From NCBI GenBank assembly GCA_951406725.2, contig OX597819.1, positions 34,720,001-34,784,000 on the forward strand: a stretch of 64,000 bases of DNA, written 5' to 3'. Shown piece by piece: positions 29,654 through 42,889 of this stretch. A program made the position numbers and the translations under genes. Within the stretch, counting starts at the first letter, position 1; every line of letters starts with the position of its first letter. This DNA comes from Octopus vulgaris (taxonomy: Eukaryota). The notes under the pieces were generated by a model. The model worked only from the letters and a program-made list of their open reading frames with translations, was not told where the DNA came from and did no database searches.

Positions 29654-29759
29654 GCATATATATATTCACACACATATACACACACACTACGTACGCACAT
29701 ATGTATGTCTCTTCTATTTTTTAAATATTATAAATCTTCCACTGTCCAGGGAACGGTTT

Positions 29760-30950
29760 CCAACAAAGATACAAGGCTCCATCTTTGGGATGTAGTTAAC
29801 ACAGACAAATTCACATTTGAAAGTTGAGAAAAGTCTTGCATATTTTTACTGTTCCACTCACAGACAGCCCTTGTAAAGTACGAATCAGCCGGTCGATTTC
29901 TCTTTCTGAAAATCCCAGTTTATCCAGATTCTCCTTTAAGCATTTACTAACAGAGCTTAGTGCTCTAATTATTATTAGTATGAATATGAATTCATAGTCT
30001 GGATATAGAAGCTGGAGGTTTCGAAGCAGTTGTCCATAAATATCCTCTTTTTCTTTGATTTTCAAAGAGATATCTATATCTGTAGGGCAGCTGGCCTCTA
30101 TGATGATATATACCTTTGCCCCGCTGTCCCAGACAACAATATCCGGCATGTTATGTTTACATTTGACAGAAGTTCTGATGGGAATATTCCACCAGTATTC
30201 CTTAAGTTGGTGCTTATGAATGTATTCCATAACAAAGGGATTTTCTACGTTTATTTCAGGACATTCTTTTTTGCTGATGGTATTGTAAATTGTTTTAGCA
30301 ACAACATCATGCTGCATAGGGAGATAGTACCGCGACGACATTTTAGGACAGCTGCTAATCACATGCGTCTTTCACAGAAACATGACATAGCCTACACACG
30401 CGGTTGCACCTTGGGATCACAAGAGCGTCACTGTCTCTTTTTTTCACCAGGTGCTTTGTGGCAACCTCCTGTTCCAGGATTGCAAACGCATAGCCTTCAA
30501 AGTGTTATGTGATGTAGTGGTCTTGTGTCCAAGAGAGGCTGCGCTTCGTGTTAATTCTGCTATCTTCTTCAAGCTTCCGGGCAACATATCCATGCATAGC
30601 TTTTTGTTTGTTTGTTTTCTGTATGCCGAGTGCTTTCCATCCAGATCTTCTCTGAGGTAAGAGAGCCCAGCTGTTTTGGGGGTTGTTTAGGAGATCATCA
30701 GGAAGAGCGGGCTTGTTGAGGAGTTTGCTACCAACTCGTACAATGTTGCTCACTTCACTTTTCAGCACTGCATATATATATTTATTTTTGCTGCTATTGT
30801 TGTCAGCATTTTGCGGGTTTTGATATCTATGGAGTGGATTGCCTCTACAGACCAATCAAATATCTCAAATGTTGGTACTGCAAATGCATTGTGGGATATT
30901 GTTTTGTTGTAAGAGGAGAGTTCCGACTGCCATATTTTCTGGTGTAATAT
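29760..30950 (-). mobile_element. RLE-type (R4-related) LINE 3' relic of a different family
   Basis: KAMHGY..SLSW; ISSCPKMSSRYYLPMQHDVVAK..YWWNIPI..HNMPDIVVWD..IIEASCP..EKEDIYGQL..SVSGTVKICKTFL. Confidence 0.8.
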
Positions 30951-31349
30951 TTTCGCGTCACTCTATCTTTATTTACAGTGTCTTTATATGATACATTTTC
31001 GTGTATGCCTAGGCACTTGTAACATTCTTTGCGTGGAATGGGGGAGATAAGGAGTTGATTGATGCACAGGTTTAAGGCGCCGAGCTGGCAGAAACGTTAG
31101 CACGCCGGGTAAAATACTAGTGGTATTTCGTTCTGAGTTCAAGTTCCACCAGGTCGACTTTGCCTTTCATCCTTTCAGGGTCGATAAATTAAGTACCAGT
31201 TACGTACTGGTGTCGATCTAATCGACTGGTCCTCTCCCCCAAAATTTCGGACCTTGTTTAGAAAAGAAAAGCACAGGTTTTGGGTTTGGGGCACTGACTT
31301 TCCTCGTTCTATAACCAAATATGAACATTTCTTTTGGCCAAATTTCAAA

Positions 31350-31421
<72 letters not shown>

Positions 31422-31970
31422 TCGTGCGTGAGTATATGTGGAGTATTGTATGTGTGTGTTCGCCAACCGGGTTATCTTGAAGCATTACAATGTTTTAATG
31501 GTGATGTCGTCAGTAGTTGTGTTCTTTTCCTCTTTAAGATCCATCTCTATGATGGCTTTTGGCTGAAAGAATATTCAACAAAGAATTATTAGCCAATGTC
31601 ACTTGATAGTGTAGTCCAGCTACTTATGCTGTGAATTCTGTGTTGTGTGATTACTAAGAACGCATTCACAGCTTAGTGTATTACTTTAGCCGCGGTTACA
31701 TGGCCTCGCCATATATAAACTGATGATTCTTAGGTGTAATTCTGTATCGATTCTGCTGGCTAAAAGATATGGAAATTAAGTACCATAAATCGCCTGATAA
31801 GAGATGCTGAACAAGTTTTAATAACAAATACACTCAAATTTATTTAATGTTGACATCACATTAAGGAGAAATGCTACACACACACACACACACACACACA
31901 TACATACATACATACATACATACATACATACATACATACATACATACACACACACACATACACACACACA

Positions 31971-32050
<80 letters not shown>

Positions 32051-34451
32051 GATACCAAAAACAAAAGCAAATTTGTGTTTTCTTTGGAAGCCATATTATT
32101 TTTTAGATGGGGAAAAAAATTCCCATAATATGTAAATCTTTGCCTAAATTTCTTGTATACATGATAAAACTATTTCATGAAAAATGCTGAAGAATGTAAC
32201 GAAAGGGTAAATATGTTTCAAATATTAATGTATTTACATTGACCCGGCGATTCAAACACAAGAAAGAAATAGAGCTTTCAGAGTAAACAAGTATGGTTTT
32301 CATAAACTTTCAACTTGTTTAACACGTAACTAATCTTCAAAATGTTCTGAATACAATAATTAACCTTTTGCTTCTGTCGTAATTATAATACAGGAATGAC
32401 CATAAAAGACGAAATTTCGCTTGGATAACTAAACACAATAACCGCTTATGTTACTTAATATGAGGTGTAAATCTTTATTCAGTTAGAAAATAGGTGGCGC
32501 TATTACGGCATCGTTTATAACCTACCCGACTTCCTCAAAAGTTTTGCGAGCAGTAAAATTAGATAAACATTTATTTAAAAGAAAAAAAAATTAAATATAT
32601 AAATGTGTAAATGATATTTAAAAGCTACTAGCTGTACATATTTACTTAAAAATTTAATCTCAAGAAAAAGAAATAGAGAATAAATTATAGATAAACATCC
32701 TACATATAAACATTTGCTATAAAAGCTGCACTCGAAGTATCTATTGCATCAGGAATTGTTCTGATATTAAAACTAGAAAGTTTTAGAGAACTAACTCTTC
32801 AAATAAATTTTCATTTAATGACATAAACAAAGTTTTACTAAATAGAATAAAAACTAAATATGTTTACATTTAATCTCTCTTCAATATTTCGGACATTTTT
32901 TTAACATGGATAGAAGGAATTTCTAAATGGAAGGTTCCAGACCAAACAGAACAAACATTTATGACTACATGCGAATATTCGAAGTCGCTTGAATTTGTAA
33001 ACGAATCTAATCAACTTCAATTAAAACAGTTGTAACTGTTTACGATATATTGTATATTGTGATTATTTAACCACGTTTAACCTATGATCAAAGGTGTTCC
33101 AGCAATGGTTGATCATCTCTTTTTAATAGACAATATAAGAACATCACAAATAATTTGTTTCCTTCTGGTTTATGAAAGAAACGCCAATTAAAATTGTTTG
33201 GTATTGGATAATCCTTTCCGATCCTGTTGTTCAGTGGGAGGTTCACGAATGGGGATATTGCTGCTGTATTTGCTATATATATGTCTGAGTCATAGCATAC
33301 AGTTCTACAGTGATTGACTCTCATGTTATCGTCAACACCAATAACAACTCTGAAGACAAGATTTAATAATGGCGACAGCAAACACAAAATAGCAATTTCA
33401 TAACCAACGAAGGAACTGCCGCGCGGTTGTTTGACCCGATAGAAATAGCAACCAAATGGCTCTCAAATAATATCTTACCATCTTGAAAAAGGAAGGAGAC
33501 ATTGGATAGTGTAATTCTAAATCCAATAAACCTGATGGTAGGGTGGAGGTTGATGTAGTCTTGTTTATTCTGCTTTTATCAGCGTGATACAGAAGGAAAT
33601 TGCATTAGTGAACAGGACCACAGAAGTTTCTATAACCGAAGCAACTAAAGAAGCGGCAGTAACTGCTGTAACAGCAGCAAAATGAACAACAACAGGGAAA
33701 GAACAAAAGCCAATGACAAAAGCAACAATAATTCCAAAGTAAAAATAAGAAAGTGTGGAACGCCATGTCGATAAGATATTGGACAACTGAATGACTAGAG
33801 ACTGGTTTTCTGCCCCTAGCAACTACGTTGAGTCTGTTGCCAACTTTCAAACGGTCTAATCTACAAAGATCGTTTGAGAGTTGACAACAGACACTATTGA
33901 GTTACTGTATAAGCTTCTATAGGGTGCGGGAACAGCAAACGTAAGGGCTGCTCCGGACAGCACACACTCTAGCAATGTGGCAGGAGAAAGTTGCGTGTGA
34001 TGTAATTGGGATAGAGATTGACAGCAGCAACAGCGAGCTTGATCTTCAAAAGTCAAAGAAACCTTTTTCGTAACAATTCCGACATCAAAATACTCAGAAG
34101 AGTTTTAGCAAAGAAACAGGGACGTCCAATAACGTGCTTCTGTTTTCAAGAAGTGTGTAGTTTTTACTGAATCCAAAAATCATAACAACAGTTTATTAAG
34201 ATCGGAACTGGTACATGTCACACATTTTGGCATAGATTGTTCTGTAACTTCTGTCATTGATATCCCATCCAACCCTATCAACAACAAGTCACTGGGGTCG
34301 ACTTTGCCCTTCATCCTTTCGGGATTGATAAATTAAGTACCAGTTACGCACTGGAGTCGAAATAATCGGCTTAATCCGTTTGTCTGTCCTTGTTTGTTCC
34401 ATCTGTGTTTAGCCCTTTGTGGGTAGTAAATAAATAGGTGATAATTTAGAG

Positions 34452-34601
34452 CAGGTACGGACAACCTTTTCCATGAAGCGGGCCGCATGAGGCATGGCTC
34501 ATAATCAGCCAGGCTGTACTACTAGAATAAAAATTCAAGGTAATTTTTATTTTAGGTGTGCCATTCATAAAGTCCCGCGAGCCGCAGTTTTCCCGTGGCT
34601 G
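34452..34601. mobile_element. hAT (MER58-like) MITE
   Basis: CAGG..GGACAAC...GCCGCAGTTTTCCCGTGGCTG termini; TSD atttagag/atttagaa. Confidence 0.65.
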
Positions 34602-36384
34602 ATTTAGAATATTAGATAGAAAAAGAGATAGCCAGATTCATCGACAGTAACCTTTCCGTTATAAGCTGAAACTTCATATAGAAACTAGTTGGTAAATTTA
34701 AAGTTTCTTGAACTTTGTCAAATTAAATAGTTTCCAAATGTCGTTTCGTCTGGACAATTACAGAAAGCTGACATCTGGAAGAGTCGACTAGAAAGTCTAT
34801 TTCCGTGAAAGGAATCAGGATAACTACATCTAAAAGGAATGAAAGAAAACAATTGTGTGAAGACAGTGAAATTAGTGTTGAACATTTTCTTTCAAATACA
34901 CATACGTTTTTACGCCATCAAAATCTCATTAAAATAGTAAAACTATTATTACTACCATTAAACGATTTGCAACAGAGGCGATAATATAGTTCAATATATA
35001 ATATACGTGTAGTGTTGAACAGAATAACAATTAGGTTTAATTGATTACAACATGAAAAATGTATTGAAGTCCCACTTCTAACCAATCAGACAGCGATGAT
35101 GCATTGCAACTTAAAATAACGGTACAATTTAAGGTAGTGTTTATTAATGTTACACTCAATCTTTGAGACTCGCGAGAAACCCCTGCTGCGTACAATTGTA
35201 GTTTATGGTGGCAAAGTAAAGCAGTAAATCAATTATTAGTACAACTGCAAATAATGATTTGTTCTCACTTGAAATTCTGCTAACATACTCAATATTTGAT
35301 CTTTAAAGACAAGACAGTAGTATTTAAACTGGACAGACAACCGAGAGAAATGAGCAATTACACAATTATGCTTTCACAAAACCATTATTTTCTTCCGCTG
35401 ACTGTAAAAGATGTAAGGAAAATTCCACTATGTGGTCACTTGATCTACTAAAAATAGCAGTCAAATCTCTCTCAGATATCACATGAAGATGGAAATATGG
35501 AAATATTAAAAGAATGAAGTCCTTCTTAACCTTTAACTGCCCTGGGCAAACTGCTGTCCGCGGGATTTTCTGAATGGTGCGTCTAATGAAAAATTATCTT
35601 TTATTTATTTATTTATTTTATTTTTTGTAGTGCAACCTGCCTAATGAACTACGCTCATGCGACCCGCTTTTAGAAAAAGATTGCCCGGGCCTAATTTCAA
35701 ATTACAGAATAGACACGGCTGGAATACCTCTGGTCAAAGGTCTACTTGATCGCAATAGACCTAGGGCTAAACGATAATATATACTATCTCGTTGTCCATT
35801 CTCTCAATCACTATTAAGTATACACAAATATATAATCATTTCGTAAAATTGCCATATGAAGCACTGACTGACAAATTACAGCTTTTTAACTTAGTTAAAG
35901 AGAACTTCTACGAACGAACTTCTTCGATTATGGCAACACAAAAGTAAAGTTTTGTTGATGAATTACAAGCTTACATACAACAAATAACATAATTATCCAT
36001 GGCAAAAATAATAATAGCGTCTTAGCGATTGATATAGCAGTATCTAGCTATTATAAAGTTGTGTAGGTGAGAGTTGAGATGTAAAGAATTTACACTGTGT
36101 ATTGAATTAAGTCAGTTCTTTAGAATTACAATCTTTGCCATATCGGAAATCTCATTTTATTTTGATTGATTCAACTGACTTGATACACAACACTATTGCT
36201 TCTGAAAAAACACCAGCACAATGTTATTGAGACTAAACACAAATATATTTCAGAAAGAAGTTATACGAAGTAAAGGCGTCGGTTAGTTTTTAAAAAATTC
36301 GCTTTGCAACGTAATGATTCCTGTTTAGCTCCATTCTGCAGATACCTGCTGTTTCTCTGTCCGTATGTATGTGGGATGTGGGAA

Positions 36385-36765
36385 GCACTCCGTCGGTTAC
36401 GACGACGAGGGTTCCGGTTGATAAGAATCAACGGAACAGCCTGCTCGTGAAATTAACGTGTAAGTGGCTGAGCACTCCACAGACACGTGTACCCTTAACG
36501 TAGTTCTCGGGGATATTCAGCGTGACACAGAGAGTGACAAAGCCGGCCCTTTGAAATACAGGTACAACAGAAACAGGAAGTAAGAGTGAGAGAAAGTTGT
36601 AGTGAAAGAGTACAGCAGGGATCACCACCATCCCCTGCCGGAGCATCGTGGAGCTTTTAGGTGTTTTCGCTCAATAAACACTCACAACGCCCGGTCTGGG
36701 AAATCGAAACCGCGATCCTCCGACCGCGAGTCCGCTGCCCTAACCACTGGGCCATTGCGCCTCCA
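36385..36765 (-). mobile_element. tRNA-derived SINE family C
   Basis: Minus-strand head tggaggcgcaatggcccagtggttagg..ggtttcgatttccc; ccgtatgtatgt repeated on both flanks; second copy at 53968-57119. Confidence 0.85.
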
Positions 36766-37320
36766 CACAACCGTATGTATGTATGTATGTACACATGTTC
36801 ACACACATATATATTGGTTTCAAATTTTGGAACAGGTCAGCACCTTCGGGCGAGGGAGTAAGTAAATTACATCGACCCCAGTGCTCAACTGGTACTTATT
36901 TTATCGACCTCGAAAGAATGAAAGTCGATCTCGGCGGAATTTGAATTCAGATCGTAAAGATGGTCGAAATGCCACTAAGCATTTTGCCCGGAGTGATAAC
37001 GATTTTGCTAGATCGCCGCCTTTGTTCATACGCACTATATATTAGATTGCGTGTTTGAAGACAAATTTTTAAAAACAAAAATGATAAATTATATCTCTTT
37101 TTACTCTTTACTCTTTTACTTGTTTCAGTCATTTGACTGCGGCCATGCTGGAGCACCGCCTCTAGTCGAGTATATCGACCCCGGGACTTATTCTTTGTAA
37201 GTCCAGTACTTATTCTATCGGTCTCTTTTGCCGAACCGCTAAGTGACGGGGACGTAAACACACCAGCATCGGCTGTCAAGAAGCAATGCTTGGGGGACAA
37301 ACACAGACACACAAACACAT

Positions 37321-37357
<37 letters not shown>

Positions 37358-37361
<4 letters not shown>

Positions 37362-37722
37362 TTATATAGAAGGAGCTTCTACAGGACTAGAACTGTTTCA
37401 TTCAAGAGAAATCTTCAGGAAGCTAGTTAACAAGAATTGTATTGGCATTTATACATTTAGGCAGGTTTAAAGGGGTGGTGGTGGGGGACTTTTTGATATT
37501 TTGCGCTATGCCTACCCCCAAAAAAGTCCCCCACCACAACCCCTTTAAACCTGCCTAAATGTATAAATGCCAATACAATTCTTGTTAACTAGCTTCCTGA
37601 AGATTTCTCTTGAATGAAACAGTTCTAGTCCTGTAAACTCCTTCTATATAATAAATTAATTTTACTCTGCTATGTATTGAGTACCTTATTTACTGTGGTT
37701 AACCCCGAATCAACCCGGGACC

Positions 37723-37726
<4 letters not shown>
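37358..37726. mobile_element. Penelope-like inverted pseudo-LTR insert (~138-bp arms, 37358-37496/37519-37655)
   Basis: Near-perfect inverted repeat inserted into (TA)n; each arm carries a hammerhead core. Confidence 0.7.
37374..37424 (-). ncRNA. Type-I hammerhead ribozyme motif
   Basis: Minus strand: agcttc CTGAAGA t-ttc-tctt-gaa-t GAAA cag-ttctagtc-ctg TA gaagct (6-bp stem I, GUA triplet). Confidence 0.75.
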
Positions 37727-37770
<44 letters not shown>

Positions 37771-38235
37771 TATATACGACAGGCTTCTTTCAGTTTCCGT
37801 CTACCAAATCCACTCACAAGGCATTGGTCGGCCCGGGGTTATAGCAGAAGACACTTGCCCAAGATGCCACGCAGTGGGACTGAACCCGGAACCATGTAGT
37901 TGGTTAGCAAGCTACTTACCACACAGCCACTTCTGCGCCTATATATATAAAAAAAAAAAGCTTAAAAAGCGGAATGACACTAGCCTCTTGGAAGGAAGTT
38001 TTCGTATAGTGTTAACGCACTCGTTAAGTTTTTAAAACCACGTGTCTGCCAGTTTGGGATGTTTTGTCTCATATTTCATTTCCTTCTCTTTTCTACTGTC
38101 TTCCGTTCATCTTGAGGATGCAGTTCCTCCCCATCCTCGCAAATAGTACAGCTATTAGGCGGAATGCTTCACTATTTTCTAGTTCTGTTACATAACCTCC
38201 TCTGCCAACTCGTAACTGATAGAAAGTACCTCTGA

Positions 38236-38639
38236 TTTTAGCCCACAAGGGGCTAAACACAGAGGGGGCAAACAAGGACAGACAAACGGATTAAGTCGAT
38301 TACATCGACCCCAGTGCGTAACTGGTACTTATTTAATCGACTCCGAAAGGATGAAAGGCAAAGTCGACCTCGGCGGAATTTGAACTCAGACCGTAGCGGC
38401 AGACGAAATACCTATTTCTTTACTACCCACAAGGGGCTAAACACAGAGAGGACAAACAAGGACAGACAAACGGGTTAAGTCGATAATTCGACCCCAGTGC
38501 GTAACTGGTACTTATTTAATCGACCCCGAAAGGATGAAAGGCAAAGTCGACCTCGGCGGAATTTGAACTCAGAACGTAGCGGCAGACGAAATACCGCTCA
38601 GCATTTCGCCCAGCGTGCTACCGTTTCTGCCAGCTCGCT
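38236..38639 (-). mobile_element. SINE family B tandem dimer with TSD-like flanks
   Basis: Junction gacgaaata|cctatttc at ~38410; tgatagaaagtacc/tgatagaatgtacc on the two sides. Confidence 0.85.
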
Positions 38640-39416
38640 TGATAGAATGTACCGTGAAAGTATTTGTAACCTAGGGCGAGAAGGGACAGAATTTTCGTCC
38701 CCATTCAGAACTGCAACGATTGGTTGTGCTTCAGAATAGCAGTTTCCCCAAATGTTGCTCAACCTTATGTTTTTTCTAGCTTTTTCAGATGCACGATGCC
38801 TCAAAGTGAACGTTGCTTCCACAGGTGAAATAACTGGGCTTTTTAGCTCTGTATCCTGAGTTTTATGATTCTGAACTCTGCGATGATAACGGGATACAGC
38901 ATCCAGATGGCCTTGTGGTTCTGAGTAACTATAAAGACTTGCAAATCCATTGTCACCTCTCCCGTTCACATAGCCTTTCTACTATATACACAAGGCCTGA
39001 AATTTTGGAGGGCTGGTCGATTGCATCGCCACCCACCCCACCCCACCCACCCCCAGTGTTCTAGTGGTACTTTATTTCATCGACTCCAAAAGGATGAAAA
39101 GCAAAGTCGCCCCCTCGGATAAATTTGAACCCAGAACGTAAAGACAGACGAAATGCCGCTAAGTAATTTTTCCGGCGTGCTAAAGAATTCTGCCAGCTCG
39201 CCGCCTTCCGGCCACCTGTAATTTTTTTTTCCTACACTCACCACTCGTTCATATTGCTTTACAAAAGCAACGACTAACTAGGATTTAATATCGCTCGCTA
39301 TACCTCTCACTGTTATTCTGTGTTACGCTGCTTCATGTACAAGCACACGAGCTTATAAGCCGGTGTTTCGCGCCCATATTCCACTGGTTTACGGGACTAG
39401 TCCTCTGTTCTGAAAG

Positions 39417-39890
39417 TCAAACAGACAATGCCGTAGACTTTTCTTTTTCCGATATCAATAATATTGGCCCACGTGTCTTTAATTTTTGTTTTGTAGGGAA
39501 TGAAAATCCTTTTGTGAGACAAAGGTATATGAAATTTCTCCTTGCTCGTTTTTCAGTGTATTTCTCGAGCAAAGAGATAATGTTCTTGTCAATATAATTT
39601 TTCCACAGCTGCCTTTCAGCTTCATCTTTTGCATATCGGTTATTGAATGGAGGCAGCTTAGGCAACACTAACTCAATGTATAAACGATGACATTTGTTGT
39701 TGTCATTTGTATCGTCATCGAAAAAAATTTCTCAACATTAAAAAAAAAATGTTTCTTTTCTGAAAATGCAAAAACTTTCCCTGTTTATGACAGGGGAAAA
39801 CTTTGACAAATTAGATTTGTTATTATTTAGCATAGCAGAGGCAGGAATTCTATTTTCATTCTTGCTTGAGGAGGCGTTATTCGACGCCAT
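39417..39890 (-). pseudogene. Unidentified ~158-codon ORF interrupted by two adjacent stops between homopolymer runs
   Basis: ORFs 39738-40010 and 39417-39668 are in the same frame; acaATGG start context at 39890; non-repetitive sequence. No homology recognised. Confidence 0.35.
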
Positions 39891-40366
39891 TGTGAATGAA
39901 GTCGAGCAAATGTCCAACAAAAAGAGAGTTTTTCTTTTTTGTCTTTTTTTGGTAGATTCAATGAAATAAAACAACTTGACTCGTAAATATCTGCTACGTG
40001 ACAAAAACAATTAATAAATCCAAAGTTGTGCAACAAAATTCCTGGAAAAAACAACTCGTACTCCAAATATCAACAGAAAGACCAAGAAAAAAACACGTCC
40101 GTTCAAGTCGACAAAAACAACGCAATAAATACTAATTGTTTCCAATTTTGGCACAAGACAAGCAATTTTAGTGAAAGGAGGTCAGCTTCAGTGCTCAGCT
40201 GGCACTGATGTTATCGATGCCGAAAGGGAGAACACAAAGTGGATCCCGGTGGCATTTGAACTCAGAACGTAAAAAGCCAGAAGAAATGTTGCTTAGCATT
40301 TTATCCGACGCGCTAACGATTCTGCCGGCTCGACGCTTTTTTAAAATAATGGCTTCTGATTAATGG

Positions 40367-40780
40367 ACTCTTTACTCTTTTACTCTCTTTTACTTGTTTC
40401 AGGCACTTGACTGCGGCCATGCTGGAGCACCGCCTTTAGTCGAGCGAATCGACCCCAGGACTTATTCTTTGTAAGCCCAGTACTTATTCTATCGGTCTCT
40501 TTTGCCGAACCGTTAAGTGACGGCGACGTAAACACGCCAGCATCGGTTATCAAGCAATGCTAGGGGGACAAACACAGACACACAAACATACACATACACA
40601 CATATATATACATATATACGACGGGCTTCTTTCAGTTTCCGTCTACCAAATCCACTCACAAGGCATTGGTCGGCCCGAGGCTATAGTAGAAGACACTTGC
40701 CCAACATGCCACGCAGTGGGACTGAACCCGGAACCATGTGGTTGGTAAGCAAGCTACTTACCACACAGCCACTCCTGCGC
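40367..40780 (-). mobile_element. SINE family A
   Basis: Full-length match. Confidence 0.9.
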
Positions 40781-41160
40781 ACAAGGCCAGCAATTTTGAA
40801 ATGCTTAGATGATTACATCGATTCCAGTATTTAACTGGTACTTTATCCTATCGCCTCCAGAGCGATGAAAGGCGAAGTTGACGTCAACAGGATTTGAGCT
40901 CGAAATGTTAATAGCCGAAGGGAATAACACAAAGCATTTTTGTCCGGCGTTCTAACGATTTTACCAACTCATTGTCCTTATGATAATTATTTCAAATTTT
41001 GATACAAGGTCAGCAATTTTCAGTTAGAACTTAATTTTATCGACCCCCTCCCCAAAACATAAACGACCTCAGCGTAATTTGAACTCAGGGAGTGAAAAGC
41101 CGGTAGAGATGCCGCTAAATATTTTGTCCAATGCACTAACGGTTCTATCAGCTCGCTGCT

Positions 41161-41196
<36 letters not shown>

Positions 41197-41974
41197 GTAA
41201 TAATCCTTTCTACAATAGGCACGAGGCCTGAAATTTTGAGGGAGGGGCGCTAGTCGATTACATCGACCCCCGTCCTCAACTGGTACTTATTTCATTGGCT
41301 CCGAAAGGATGAAAGGCAAAGTCGACCTCGGCGGAATTTGAACTCAAAACGTAGCAACATGCGAAATACCTATTTCTTTACAACCCACAAGGGGCTAAAC
41401 ACAGAGAGGACAAACAAGCACAGACAAACGGATTAAGTCGATTATATCGACCCAAGTGCGTAACTGGTACTTATTTTATCGACCCCGAAAGGATGAAAGG
41501 CAAAGTCAACCTCGGCGGAATTTGAACTCAGAACGTAACGGCAGATGAAATACCTATTTCTTTACTACCCACAAGGGGCTAAACACAGAGGGGACAAGCA
41601 AGGACAAACAAACGGATTAAGTCGATTACATCGACCTCAGTGCGTAACTGGTACTTATTTGATCGACCCCGAAAGAATGAAAGGCAAAGTCGACCTCGGC
41701 GGAATTTGAACTCAGAACGTAGCGGCAGACGAAATACCTATTTCTCAATTACCCACAAGGAGCTAGACATAGAGGGGACAAACGGATTAAGTCGATTACA
41801 TCGACCCCAGTGCGTAACTGGTACTTAATTTATCGACCCCGAAAGGATGAAAGGCAAAGTCGACCTCGGTGGAATTTGAACTCAGAACGTAACGGCAGAC
41901 GAAGTACGGCTACACATTTCGCCCGGCGTGCTAACGTTTCTGCCAGCTCGCCGCCTTCAATAATAATAATAATG

Positions 41975-42025
<51 letters not shown>

Positions 42026-42301
42026 GCAATAATAATAATAATAATAACAACAACAACAACAAGAATCCTTACTACTATAGAATCCTTTCTATAAGCCTGA
42101 AATTTGTGGGGAGGGGACTAGTCGATTACATTGACTCCAGTATTCAACTGGTATTTAATTTATCGACCCCCTAAAGGGTGAAAGATAAAGTCTACCTCGG
42201 TGGAATTTGAACTCAGAACGTAGCGACGGGCGAAATACTGCCAAGTATTTCGTCCGGCGCGCTAACGATCCTGCCAGTTCACCGTCTTAATAATGATGAT
42301 G

Positions 42302-42363
<62 letters not shown>

Positions 42364-42820
42364 CCTTTTTACTACAGACACAGGGCTAGTGATTTGGGGG
42401 AGGGATTAAATCGATTACATCAACGCCAGTTCTCAACTGATACTTATTTTATTGATCTTTAAAGCATGAAAGGTAAAGTTGACCTCGGCGAACTTTTGAA
42501 CTCAGAACGTAAAGACAAACGAAATGTCGCTAGGTATTTTGTCCGGCGCACTAACGATTCTGCCAGCTCGCCTCCTTAACAACAACAATAATTATAATAA
42601 TAATAATAATCATTTCTACTCTAGGCACAAGGTCTGAAACTGTGGGGGAAGGGGGTAGTCGATTACATCGAACCCAGTGCGTGCTGGTACTTATTTCATC
42701 GATCCCAAAAGGATGAAAAGCAAAGTCAACCTCGGTGGAATCTGAACTCAGAACGTAAGGACGGACGAAAAGCTGCTAAGCATTTCACTCACGTGCTAAC
42801 GTGTCTCCCTGCTCACCTCC

Positions 42821-42822
<2 letters not shown>
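40780..42822 (-). mobile_element. Cluster of SINE family B copies, including a four-unit tandem array (41205-41957), separated by (TAA)n
   Basis: Repeated units, with junctions gaaata|cctatttc at ~41368, ~41552 and ~41736. Confidence 0.85.
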
Positions 42823-42886
<64 letters not shown>

Positions 42887-42889
42887 TCT

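Larger units (their letters stand above)
37097..37939 (-). mobile_element. SINE family A split at its internal (TA)n by a palindromic insert
   Basis: Tail half at 37097-37330 and head half at 37775-37939. Confidence 0.9.

Noticed and set aside
41205-41957. Regularly spaced repeats resembling a CRISPR array
   Set aside because: Whole ~180-bp units repeat with no unique spacers; eukaryotic SINE context; no cas genes.
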